From the NCBI RefSeq assembly GCF_009914755.1, contig NC_060926.1: a stretch of 64,000 nt of DNA. The stretch is one strand, 5' to 3'. Source of the DNA: the human T2T-CHM13v2.0 reference genome, Homo sapiens. Below, one piece after another: positions 49,924 to 62,430 of the stretch. Every line of letters begins with the position of its first letter. Position 1 is the first letter of the stretch. The notes under the pieces are model-generated. The model was not told the origin of the DNA and did no database searches. It saw nothing but the letters and a program-made list of their open reading frames with translations. A program made the position numbers and the translations under genes.

Positions 49924-52644
49924 TATATGCAGAAAATGCCAACAGAATGCAAGATAATTAGTAGTTTATTATGTGATTTCCTTGAATACATAGCACATGA
50001 CAATGACAAATATTTCTTATTTCAGATCAAAAACTTCTTACCAACCAGATTCACGTTGATGTAGCTTGAGGTAGTTTTTCTCTTCTTATGAGAAAAACTA
50101 GCTGCTTCTCATAGGGTCTTTTTCTTACTTTCTTTTTATGCTACATTCCCCCCCACTGATTTTATTTGGGTGACTCATAGAGTTTTTCCTCATTTTCCTC
50201 ATTTCCTATATACTTCCCTGGGAAGTATATAAAACATTTGCTGCTCTTAGACTATGTTAAGGTATGTGGCACTATATGTGGTTAGAGGCTTTTCCTCATT
50301 TGAGGAACAGAGCTTTCCTTAATGTCCATGGGTATATGTAAGTTCACAGTGTCTTAGCCCCTTGCAGTGTCTCCACACCTTCATATTCTCTAAGTGAATT
50401 TCCAAGAAAGCTGTGCATGATGTTTCACCACATTTACTTATCCAGGGATCATAAAATTGGGGGATAGAAATGTTGAACTCTCAATCATAAATGATTTTTA
50501 ACCTGAATTTTTTCTTACTCTAAATGAGGTCTTGGAAATATGAAAAACATTTTTCCCACACAAGGTAATCACCTGGTTTATTGCATCAAGTAACCCTGTG
50601 TGATTTCCACTCCAATTACACTCCTCATATCAAGCAGTACTTGAACAATAGCAATTTGGCTTTTCATATTTGGATTCTCAAACAACCAAAGTGAGAGTAT
50701 GCTTAATACCAGAAAACAATCACTCTTTAGGGCAAAATCGTGATGTTTGAAAGTTATTGCTAAGAGCTTTGGAATTTTTATAGAGAATTCCAGGAAGGCA
50801 GAGGTTTCAGGGTGATATGGTAATTACTGAGAAGAACTCTTTTCCTTTGAGGCCAAGCACTGCTTTTTAATTTCATAAAAATGTCAATAAGCCATGAGAG
50901 TTCCATTTTTTAAAATATATGATCTCTTGTATTGATGCTACATAAGAAAATGAAGGGAATTCTATTATTATTCAGGGATTGAGTGTGTTTCCTTTCTTTT
51001 GTTTACGCTTATTAGGCAGATCACACAATATTTGTTTTTCTTTTTCTGGAAATAACGTGAGATCCTTAGAAAGGTAGTCTCTTGGCTCTCCCTATGTAGG
51101 CTACCTGGGACATCAAAATTGATAAACCCAGTAATATATATACAACATAAATGTAAAGTGTTTGGGCATTTGTGTTATAAAGGGTGTTAGATCTTCTACA
51201 AAGAAACAATTTCTCGGAAATAAATTCCTATATACTTAAAAATATTTCTTAGATAATAATTGCTTCTTTATTTGTTCTTGGTTTTAAAATTTAAAAACTG
51301 AGATCCTTATCTTGGTATTTAAGATATTATACAATTTTTTTTCTATTTGCCATTGTGGCACAGACAAATGGGTCCTACCCATGCCTCTGATTAGTCACTG
51401 TGATGAAACCAGACTTGGGGACCAACTGTGATACAGAGGCTCATAAGCCATTTGGGCCTAATATCTAAGGGAACATCTCCATATTAATCAATGTTTGTAA
51501 TTTCCTGCTCTCATATTGGCCTATCTAGCCATCCTCAAAATCTAACTATTGTTACTGCATTGGCTTTCTGTGCATGAAAATATTAAGAAAAGCAGTTACA
51601 CTATTTATAAGATAACTTATTATCTTAATTGTCCTCTATTTTAAAATATATTATCTAGGGTTTTAGAAGTCTTCATAAATACCTTTAAAATTATTATCCT
51701 ATTGGTGCTCTTCTGCAACTCACATTTGGGCTCAAACTTCTTTCAGATGGAAATAAATATATGTAAATATTAATACTAATAGATGTGGGTTCTCTGTGTA
51801 TTGGAAGTATATAGAATATGTACTACTCCTAGAATATGTTAAGATATGTGGCATCATATGTGGCTAGTATGGGGCATTAAAAAGGCCTCCTAAGAACAGT
51901 TTTTTAAAATCAGGTAGTTTTTGAAAGTCCCATGATCAGTAATTACATTTTCAGGCATAAGCTACCAAAAAACTCATGGTGTAAATTCCATAGAATGCCC
52001 TTGGGTTGTTAAAGTGCTGTACTGTTCCAGTTCCTCCTTAGGCCTTCAAGAGAGGGGAGGGTATAGCAAATACAGACCTTATATTATATTTTAAATAACA
52101 TGAAGAATGCTAGCCTAATGCTTTGTGTGTCTGTCTCCCTTCCTCCTGCCTCCCTATCCTAGCCAGTTATGGAGACTGACACAAACCTAGTAAATACATG
52201 GCTTTATTATGATTAAGTAAATATCTACTATAATTAAGTCTCAACTTTTTCTGTGACCACCAAACACACCTGAAAAAAATCTGCCATTCTTTCCCATCAG
52301 CAGAAAAGGCTCACTGCTTCAGTACATCTGGACTGTCCCAAAGGAATCAGCCCCAGCAGGTAGGGCTGATAAGCACTGTTGGTGGCTGGAGCATGAATAA
52401 TTTGAAAAAGTCCCAAATTCCCTGTGAATTTTTATTGATTCTCCACTCTTATTCCAAATCCTTTGAAAAATCAGTGTATATATTTCAAATAAATTAATCA
52501 AATATTTGCAATGCTGTCATCACCTGGATGCTAACAAATTGATGTCTCTCTCTTTTGTCTAGAATATCCTTCCTGATATGGTGAATTTTGACTTCTAGAC
52601 TGGTACCTATGTCTGCTTTTCAACTACTCTATATGGGATCATTC

Positions 52645-52757
52645 TTCCTTTCCTTGCTTCCTTCCCTCCCTGCTTCCCTCCCTCCCTCCCTCCTTCCCTT
52701 CCTTCCTTCCTTCCTTCCTTCCTTCCTTCCTTCCTTCCTTCCTTCCTTCCTTCCTTC
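52645..52757 (+). repeat. (TTCC)n/(TCCC)n polypyrimidine microsatellite
   Basis: Direct reading; explains the LPSF-repeat ORF 52588-52779. Confidence 0.95.
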
Positions 52758-53721
52758 ATTCCCCTTGGTTTTAGAGTAGCATTTATGCCACTAGGTTGTA
52801 ATTTTATTTACTGTTTTTTCTTGTCATTAGCTTGTGTTTTCCTTCAAGGCAGAGGTTATGTCATTTCACCTTTCTATCTCAGATATTTATTACAGACACA
52901 TTACATAATATGTGATTGATAAATGTTGAGAAAAATGCAAAGACAAAAAATTTTCATGATGGAGACAGAGATGGGAAGAGCCTAGTGAGAGAATTTTCTG
53001 GCTGAGGTCATCCTCCTGAGGAATGCCACAGGAAGGGTGTTCAGCAAGGTGGACACTGGAGACTTGAAGGAAGCAAAAGGTTAATTTAGCAAAGGAGAAG
53101 TTTTGCCATCTTGACAATTTCCTCAGGACTTGTCTTCAAGTAGGAACAATTTTATGGTTGTACTAGGCCACATGCTTAGAATGTCCCTTCACTGTTTTGC
53201 TATTGGTGTCATAAAATTCTTATTAGTTTTTAAAGAAAGAATCCATCATTTTCATTATATACTGGGCCCAGCAAATTAGGTAGCTCTTGCGCTTCTTAAG
53301 TTCTGTGGAGCCCTTCAGAGACTCACATAATTGTTGCACCTTAAGTGTTAACATCTGAAATGTGGCTTCCATTAAAGTGCTGTGGAAAAGTCTGTTTGTA
53401 GCTCATCGGCACTACCCACAGGTGCTACTCACTGGCTTCTCCCATATAGCTTGGCAACATGTAGAGCTGACAGAAAGAGAACTGATTTCCATTTTTACTG
53501 CCTATAGAAAGGATTTAATAGAACAGATTTCTCTCTTTTGCTTTTGAAATAAAACTCATTCTAGAAGACTTTTTGCAAGGAATGAGAGAAGTTTAACTTG
53601 GTTAAGGGAAAACTACATAGACATTCTAGATGGGATTTTAGGTGGCCTACTCTGCAGTTGGCTGAATGGTTGCTTTTCATCATGTTGTAGTGAGACCATC
53701 TATTAAGCAATTACAAACAAC

Positions 53722-53932
53722 CAGTGTTCAAATTCCACTTTTGTCATTTACTAGGTGTGTGATTTTAGGCAAGTTTATCTAAAGGATGAATGTCACTTTT
53801 CTCATGTGTAAACTGGCGATAATGTGTGCTGGACTCAGGATTAGTCTTGCAGATTAAATGAGTTAATACGTGGCATATGATCACAGTAGTATATTGCATA
53901 TGGTAAGCACTCAGTAAAAGTAATTGTTATTA
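53722..53932 (+). mobile_element. MIR
   Basis: GTTCAAATTCC...GTGTGATTTTAGGCAAGTT...AGATTAAATGAGTTAATACG...GTAAGCACTCAGTAAA. Confidence 0.75.
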
Positions 53933-54544
53933 ATATGGAACAAGGGTTAGTTAAGTTGTTCAGTTTGTGGAGAAGGGCTTAGAATGCATTTTTAGTAGGT
54001 AAAGAGGAGGAAGGAGAATAATAAGATAAGTATCCTGGCATGTGGTTGTCTAGTCCTAAGTACAATTCCAGTCTAACTCTGTATATGTCCTTAAGCAGAT
54101 TTTTGACGTTCCTACAAAATGTCAAGGGCTTTTGCTGCACATAAAAACAGTGCTGGGAGGCTGGCCACTGGAGTGATGCTTATGATGAAACATTTTTTAA
54201 AAATTTATATTCCTTCAGATGTTTCCCATTGACTCAGCTGAGAATGGGGTGAGAACTTAAGAGTTTACAGGGAACAAATAGAAGCTTAACAGCCATCTGG
54301 TGTCCCAGGGGCATCTGGAGCTTTTCTCTGTAGGATGTGTCATAGGCGCTCTCTCCATTACTCTCTCACTTCCCCACACACTGGCTCAACACACAAAGGC
54401 AATACACACTCATGGTCAGACCGTGGCAAAATTGTGAAATTGGTGGAATTTGTCTTCTTAGTTCTCCATTTCTCAGTCCTATTTCCCATGTCGTTTCCAG
54501 AAGCTCAATGGTCTCTTATTTTTCTTATTACTTGTTCACCTGCT

Positions 54545-55345
54545 AATTAATTTATTCAACAAATATGAAATACCTGCTTGTGATGCACTCTGCTAAGTTC
54601 TGAGGATAAAGTGAGACAGAAAAGTTCACTGCCCCCTCGGGCTTTGTGAAATATACCAATAATAAATAATTTTTAAAATACACTAGATTGTTAATAATTC
54701 TGAAATTCCTGTGAAGGAAACTAATGGGGTGATGAGATAATAATGAGTAAGAGGAAACCAGTTTGGATGGGAATCTGAGGGTGCTCCTCTGGAAATATGG
54801 CGTTTAAACTGAGACACAAAGTACGAGCTCAGAGTGCAAACTATTGGAGAAAAGAGTATGGCAGGAAGAAGGAACAGCAAGTTCAATTATCTAGAAGAAG
54901 GAAAGGGCATTGATGCTTTGAAGAAACAAAAGAAGTGAATGAGGCTGGACTGTAGAGAGATGGAGCTGGGGAATGGTCTTATGATGAACATTCTGGACCA
55001 TAGTAAAAGGGCTGGATATAAATTTAAGAGAAAGTGGAAACCAGTGAGGATCTTTGATAAGGGAAGTAAAGTATACTAACTTATATTAGAAAAAAATCAC
55101 TTACTGGACCAGAAAGTGGCAAAAATGGAAGGAAAGGGATCAAGTCACTTATGCAACAGATGATAATAATTTGCTAGAATGGTGACAGGAGATAATGATA
55201 TAAACGTTAGAGTCAAGAATTACTTCAGAGGTGCAACTTATTTAATTTGATGATAGATTGTATGTGAAGATGAGGGTAAAAGGTGAAATCCAGGATAAGA
55301 CCCATGTGTTTGGCTTAAGCAAATAAAAGGGTAATGATGTTACTA
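54545..55345 (-). mobile_element. LINE-2 3' portion
   Basis: TTTATTCAACAAATAT...GCACTCTGCTAAG is the L2 3' terminus in reverse, followed by purine-rich L2-like body. Confidence 0.65.
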
Positions 55346-55397
55346 ATATCCTATTAAAATCTATTTTAAGAAAAGAACTGGATTAAAGTTCCATTCA

Positions 55398-55730
<333 letters not shown>

Positions 55731-58657
55731 CTAGGCATTTCACAAATGCACTTTGGTGAATATGATCAATTGAGAACAGTTCAAAGTGTTCTCTCTCAGT
55801 GAGCTTTGCATTTTAACAGGCAATGAAAACCTAAGCTAAATTCTAATATTCTACAAGCAGGAACTTTGACGTTTATGTTATTTTTTCTTATTTATTTGCA
55901 GTAAATTCACATCACTTGGGCTAACACCTGTTCTGCTCTTACTTTTGTAAGGTATTAGTCACCACTCCCCTCTCTTCCTCTGTTGGCAGTGCACACTAAT
56001 GAGCCCCAAATCCTAGAGCATGACTGAAATAGACGTCAGAGTGTCAAGGATGAAAATCAGTTAGGTGGAGTTGTGGAGAGGGAGATGGAGGCTCATAATG
56101 GGATTGAATTTTTCTCTTCTTCAAATGAAGAGTTTTGTTTGCTTATTTGTTTATTTATTTGTTTGTTTATATGGAACAGCATTTCTTACCACCACAGTCA
56201 GAATATATCATAATACTGCAAGATGCAAGCTATAAGCCAACATAAATTCTACAGAAAATTAAGAGATTCAAGTTGGTAAACTCAGAGATTCAAGTTTGAT
56301 CCTACTTTGGAGAGGGGAGGGTACAGCAAATATATGAGGAATAACACGAATAAATAACATGAGGAATGCTAGCCTAATGCTAGCATTTTGTTTTTTATAG
56401 TTATTATTTTGTTTTACAGTCTACTTTGCTAGATGATTTACTTTTGATTTTCCCTTAAATTGTGGTGTTCTTTCTTTCTTTTCCCATCTACAGTTGCTCT
56501 GCTTTTTATTCTTAATTTTCTCACTGAAAAATTCCAATTACTTACTGGATTTTAATGATGAGTGATTAGCTGATTAATCACAAACTTCAATTTCAAAAGC
56601 CCACCTATGTCATAAACCAAGCCCAACCATTGGCCAATTTATTTAATGACACTTTAATTAAAATATTTTTAATAATATCTTAATAATTTATCCCAGTCCA
56701 ATCTTTAACATTAACAAAAATTTGCCAGAAATGTGAAAGCCATCTTTGATTCCACTTAGACCATTTTATTCATTTTTTAAAAGTAAGTAGTATTCTTTTA
56801 AAGGCTTCTGAAGTATATTTTGATTTTTGATTCTACTCTATTAAGATTTATTTTAATAAATTATATTTTAATACACATTTCAAAATATTTACTGTTTCTC
56901 TGCTAAAGATACCAGCCTACTCAGAGACTGTGTGTCTTCATCCTCTTAATGTCAGACTTGGCTGTCAAATTTGATACCACTTTTAGCTGATACTTTTGGG
57001 GCTATTCTATGAAATGCCATTCTCTCTTTTCCTTCTGCTGTGAGCTAGGTATACCCCAACTAGAGTGCATGCATATAGACTGAGGTAAATATAATGTCCC
57101 AGATCAACTACTATGATGAAAAATATGAGCAGGAAACAAACCTTTGTTTTTTGTAAGACCTTAAGATTTTTTTGTAATTGTTGCATGTAATATTATAACA
57201 GTTCATTCTTCAAATCATCTATTTATTCCTAGGAACAAATCAAAACAGCCTTTTAGCTAGTTTTTTTCACCAGTTAGCATGTATTAGCCCAAATACCACA
57301 CAATATTTCTTGAGATATTTGAGAAGTCATGTTGAGTTTTGGATAATTTGGGTATTTATGATGATTTTGGAATATCACCAAAAAGTCATAAAATAAGGAA
57401 AAAATTAGAAAGCTGTGGAGACTTATCAAAGTATATCTCTATCCAGAGTTGTATGACATGACAAATGAAAGTAATAATAGTACCCATCATAAAAGTAATA
57501 ATGTTGATTGAATAAAATTAATTATACAAAGTTATTATCGGAATTCCGGATACTAAGTATACATAAAATATACTTAGTATATTTTAGCTAAGGAAAGGAA
57601 CTCTAGTCCCTGGGAAGATATGAGGTCAAAACAACGTATTTCTCACTCTCAGAATGGTCGAGAGCTGAGGCATACGCACTCTTCACACCTTTGCCGTGAT
57701 AGCTCTAAATCCTTAAGTGTGCTAAGAAACACATTTCACTTTACTTTTAAAAATTAAAACATGAATTCTTAATCTCTGAATCTTGCTTGGTGTAAAAGTA
57801 CCTTGCCACTGGCTTGAAAGAATAATTGTACTTCTTTCACAGCTTCAGACATTACCAGGGAGAATGAGGGTACGGGAGAGCATGTGGATCATTCCTTTCT
57901 GTTTGCACTGATGATCGATACATTCTACCAAAAATAAAATATCTGTTTAATTCATATATTTGAAACCTGCTTCAACGGAAACTCATTCTTTCTAAATCAT
58001 AATAAATATTAACAGATTTTTGAATACTATTGCTATTCATTTAAAAAATAATATTTAGGTCATTAACTAAAGCTTTGGTTTTATACTTTTGAATTCAGAA
58101 TATCAGTGTACTAATTTATGGGCTTTCTTACAGTGAAAAAGATAACTCTCATCACTTACTTCTCCTGGCCCCTCTCTTTTGAATTTTTTGGTCCAATGAA
58201 AATACTTTGTTTGATTCATGTGTATTCTGGAGATGATTCAGGGAAAGGCAGCAGGGACCGTTAATATCTTGCTTGCCACAGTGAGAATGATTCTACAGCA
58301 CCACCATTTCTCATAAAAGATGGGTTTTAAATATGTATAGAGTGAGCTACCGTTTGATGGATCACGGCTATGACTCTTTCAATGAAAGAACAAGCCCATC
58401 CCTAAGCTTGACATTCCCCTACAGATGACACTCTAGAACTCTGCTGTCAATACACTTAAAGTAAAAATTGACAGATGGCCAAAATACTCTAGTGTGAAAA
58501 ATGGAGTTGTATCCTCTGCTAAACTTTGGTGTTGGTGGAGATTCATCTTAAGAAAACCTGGTGTCTTCTTTCTGCCTAATCCTGGCTGATGGAAGAAACC
58601 AAATTCATACTACCTGTAAATTACTGAGGCTAATGATATGTGTTTCTTCATATCACT

Positions 58658-58682
58658 ACACACACACACACATACCACCACA

Positions 58683-58727
<45 letters not shown>
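58658..58727 (+). repeat. (CA)n microsatellite, interrupted
   Basis: Direct reading. Confidence 0.95.
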
Positions 58728-58728
<1 letters not shown>

Positions 58729-59021
58729 CCAATGCATAGGAGTTTCTTAACAACAACAAAAATTAATCAGTCCCTAGTGTAGAATTATATATAGCTGGAA
58801 AGCGTTTCTTTCTTTGTTTTTTCACCCCAGTAGTAACTGGGGACAGGACAGTGTTTCTTACCTTTCTCCTCAACAAATTAAGGCTTTTTAAAAAAATATA
58901 TAGGCAAGAGAAGACAGAAAAAATGAGTGATTGGTGGTGTTTCTTTCACCCCACCTCCCCCATAGACTGATGCTCCACTTCCCTAGGTCTTAGAACTCTC
59001 TCCAAACATTTATTTGAGCCC

Positions 59022-59818
59022 TCTTATGGGTTGAATTAAGTCCCCCACAAAAGATATACTGAAATACTAACCCCTAGTACCTCAGGTTGTGACCTTATCT
59101 GCAATTAGGTTCATCACAGAGATAATCAGTTAGATAACGTCATACTAAAGTAGGGTGGGCCCTTAATCCAATATGACTGATGTTTTTATAAGAAGAGGAA
59201 AGACTAACATTTCTCCTTTACCCATACATCCCCTGCCCCCCACCCCCAGTGTCTGGTGGCCACCATTCCACTCTTTTATACTGTGAGTTAGACATTTTTT
59301 AGATTCCACATATGCATGGTGACTATAGGTTATAACAAATTATTATACATTTCAAAGTAGCTAAAATAATGGATTTTAAATCTTCTTACCACAAAAGAAT
59401 GATAAGTATTTCGGGTGATGAATAGGTTAATTAGCTTGATTTGATCATTCCACAATATACACATAAATCAAAACATCACCTTGTACCTCATAAGTATATA
59501 CAATTATTATTTGTCAAGTTATTCTACAAATAAAATAATACTCAAGAAAAAAAGGAAGAGGAGAGAGAGAGGGAAGAAGGCTATGTGAAGACAGAAGCAG
59601 ACATTAGAGTTATGCAGCCAAAACCAAGTAGCCTGAGGCTACTGGAAGGTGAAAGAGTCAAGGAAGGATCATCTTCCAAAGGCATCAGAGAGGAACAGCT
59701 CAAGTGACACCATGATTTAGGGCTTCTGGCCTCCAGAACTGTGAAAGAATAAACTTGTTTTAAACCACCAAGTTTGTGGTCCTTTGTAACAGCAGCCACA
59801 GGAAAGTACTGTACTACA
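59022..59818 (+). mobile_element. MLT1C MaLR solo LTR interrupted by an L1 insertion
   Basis: TTATGGGTTGAATT...GTAGGGTGGGCCCTTAATCCAATATGACTG and CTTCTGGCCTCCAGAACTGTGA...AAACCACCAAGTTTGTGG; exact 5-bp TSD AGCCC (59017-59021, 59819-59823). Confidence 0.88.
59204..59552 (+). mobile_element. 5'-truncated, 5'-inverted L1MA 3' end
   Basis: 59204-59314 is antisense and 59315-59540 is sense L1MA 3' UTR with an A-rich tail; 14-bp TSD with 2 mismatches. Confidence 0.82.
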
Positions 59819-59834
59819 AGCCCCAACATGCAGA

Positions 59835-60354
59835 CTCATCCAATTTATTTAGCCATCAGGGAGCATCCCCCTCTCTTACCAGTGCACACTTGGGCTCTAC
59901 TAACTTGCTAGCTACTACTAGCTGAACTCTTATATCTTACTCTTCTTTCTGATGACTGTTTATAGCTGCTTTAGCTAAGCCAATGCTCCTATGTCGTACC
60001 TTCCTACAGGTGCCTGTCTTGCCTTAGAGTTTGGACTAGCCAATTGCCCTATGACTTAAGGTCACTAATGGGGTCAAGAAAACTACCAAGTATGTAGTTT
60101 GATGGTTTTCTTCTTTTTTTTTTTTTTTTTTAAACTTTTCAGTATGGAAGCTATATCCTTCCCAGATCTCTGCATCTCAAAGCAGAAACCAGAAGTAATA
60201 AATTTAATTGGCTTTGTTTTCATTTTTATTGAATTCAATATATTCAAATATATTTTCTAATTTTCTTTGCATTTTTTTGACCCACAGCTATTTAGAAGTA
60301 TAGATAGATAGATAGACAGATGTATATATATATATGTGTGTGTGTGTGTATATA

Positions 60355-60409
<55 letters not shown>

Positions 60410-61240
60410 CCCCTAGGACCTTGTGTGTATATATATATATACACACACATATATAATTTCTACATATTTATTGAGAGATCTTTTACAACTCAGAATATGA
60501 TTTGTCTTAGTGAGGGCTCAACGAGCACCTGAAAGAAATGGTTATTCTGTTGCCGAATCAAGTGTTATATGTGTGAGTTTATAGGTTTCATCAAATTTGG
60601 TAGCCTTTGTTGCTGTTGGCTAGCTGTTCTTCAAATACATTTTTCTATCTCATTTTCTTTCCTGTATTTTAATTATGTATGTTATAACATTTGCTATTTG
60701 TCTATAATCACTGAGGCTCTGTTTGTTATTAATTTTTTAACTTATCCTGTAATTTTCAATTTTTTTTTCTCTATGCTTCAGCCATGTCATCAAGGTCATT
60801 GATTATTTCTTATAATTGCTATTAATAAAATTTAGTGAATTGCTAAAATTAAAAGTTCCATTTGCTTTCTTTTAATTCCTTGATGACTCATAATTATGTT
60901 AATCTTTTCCTTTAAATCCTTGGCATATTCATAAAAGCTGTTTAAAGTCCTTAATAGAGTTCTATTTAAAGACCTTAGAAAGTCATTCTCTTATCTCCAT
61001 CATTGCTGATTTTTTTCTTTCCCCTGATTTTTCTTCTGATTGTAGATCACACTTTTTGCTGTTTGGAATTTTTATCTGAATGCGAATATTGTTGTTTTAT
61101 GTTGTTTGAATGCTGGATTTTGTAGCTTTCATTTAAGAGTATTCACCTTTTTCTAGGATGCTGTTAAGTTTCTTGCCAGTCATCTTGATTTTTTTAAGAC
61201 TTTAAGCTCTGTTAGGACAGACCTAGAGTAGTATTCTCTA
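59835..61240 (-). mobile_element. Old L1M fragments (a 5' end at about 60196 and ORF1/ORF2 remnants)
   Basis: Minus strand from 60196 reads ACTTCTGGTTTCTGCTTTGAGATGCAGAG, resembling old L1M 5' termini; T-rich L1-like sequence follows. Confidence 0.5.
60300..60454. repeat. Compound (GATA)n/(TA)n/(TG)n/(CA)n microsatellite
   Basis: Direct reading; includes a pure (TA)n of about 40 bp at 60363-60402. Confidence 0.95.
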
Positions 61241-61248
61241 ATCTAGGG

Positions 61249-61408
61249 CAGCACATCTCAATCTCAGCAGTATTGGCATTTGGCACCAGACAATTCTTTG
61301 GTGTGGGGATTGTCCTGCAAATTGTGAGACATTTGTCCTGCAAAACCAATGTCTCTAGATGTTACTGAATGTCCATTGGGAAAAATTTTCCCTTGTTGAG
61401 AGCCACTT
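61249..61408 (-). mobile_element. MER20, internally deleted
   Basis: TCTCAATCTCAGCAGTATTGGCATTT...AATTCTTTGGTGTGGGG...AATGTCTCTAGA...GTTGAGAGCCACT; TSD ATCTAGGG/ATCTAGCA. Confidence 0.78.
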
Positions 61409-61779
61409 ATCTAGCACTTGTTTAGCCTTGCTCCCATGGTGTGATGATTCTAGTAGCTTCCTACTAAATACCCTGTTTCTTCCACTAGGATTCTTCACTC
61501 TGCTGGTTGGAATTGAATGTCTTCCATCCTTGCATGAACTATGGAAATACACAGCTTCCAGCTCCTGATTATTCTCTGCCTATCTTCATTGAATTTTACC
61601 CATTGAATCGGCAGTAACAATGAGATTTAAGAACAGGAGGGTTTGTGTGAAAATTAAGATTAATAATTTCTCTACCTCAATGCAGAACACCAGGAAATAG
61701 AATAATATTAAAATGAAGTGAATATTTTCTGTGGAATACTAAAACACTGGAAGAACATGTGGAAGGAGGCAAAAGTTTT

Positions 61780-62430
61780 AGTTTTATTCATTGAACAAGT
61801 ACTTACTAAACACTTGTGTGTGTGTATATACACACATGCACAGAACACCCTCCCTACTCACTTATATCTGTATTCACTATGTGTTCTAGGAAAATTACAA
61901 TGAGCAAGTCATACACCTTAAGGTCTTTACATCTTTTATAGAAAACAGTAAGGCAAAAAGAGAAAAAGTTAATTATCACAAAGCAATGTGAGTGCTACTA
62001 TTAAAAAAATTAAAAAACAAGATGATAGAAAATAAGCACAAAAAAGCAAGGCTTAACTAGGGCTAGTACTGTAAGTAAACATTTCCAAGAGAAAGAGACC
62101 AATGAACTGAGTGTTAAAATGGGCAAATGTGGAAAATATTCAAATGGGAAAGGGCAGCAGGAACAAAATACAAAGTAAGGAAAATGGTTTGGGGAAATGT
62201 AGGGAAACTGATATGGCTAAATATTAAGGAACTGTACCAGGGAAGACATGAGGCTGGAAATGCAATCAGGGATTAGATTTGTAGGTTCTTCTTTGTCATT
62301 CTAAAATGCTTAAAGTTTCTTCTAAAGGCAATGGGTATTCTGTAGAAACCTTGAAATAAGAAGCACAATGTGATTTAATTTGAACTTTAGCAAAAATTAT
62401 TTGAGACTGATTATGTGGGATAAATACAAA
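61780..62430 (-). mobile_element. LINE-2 fragment
   Basis: TTCATTGAACAAGTACTTACTAAACACTT resembles the L2 terminus, followed by a degraded purine-rich body. Confidence 0.5.

Noticed and set aside
52588-52779. Repetitive LPSF peptide ORF, and the HT-repeat ORF at 58561-58782
   Set aside because: They are microsatellite translation artefacts.
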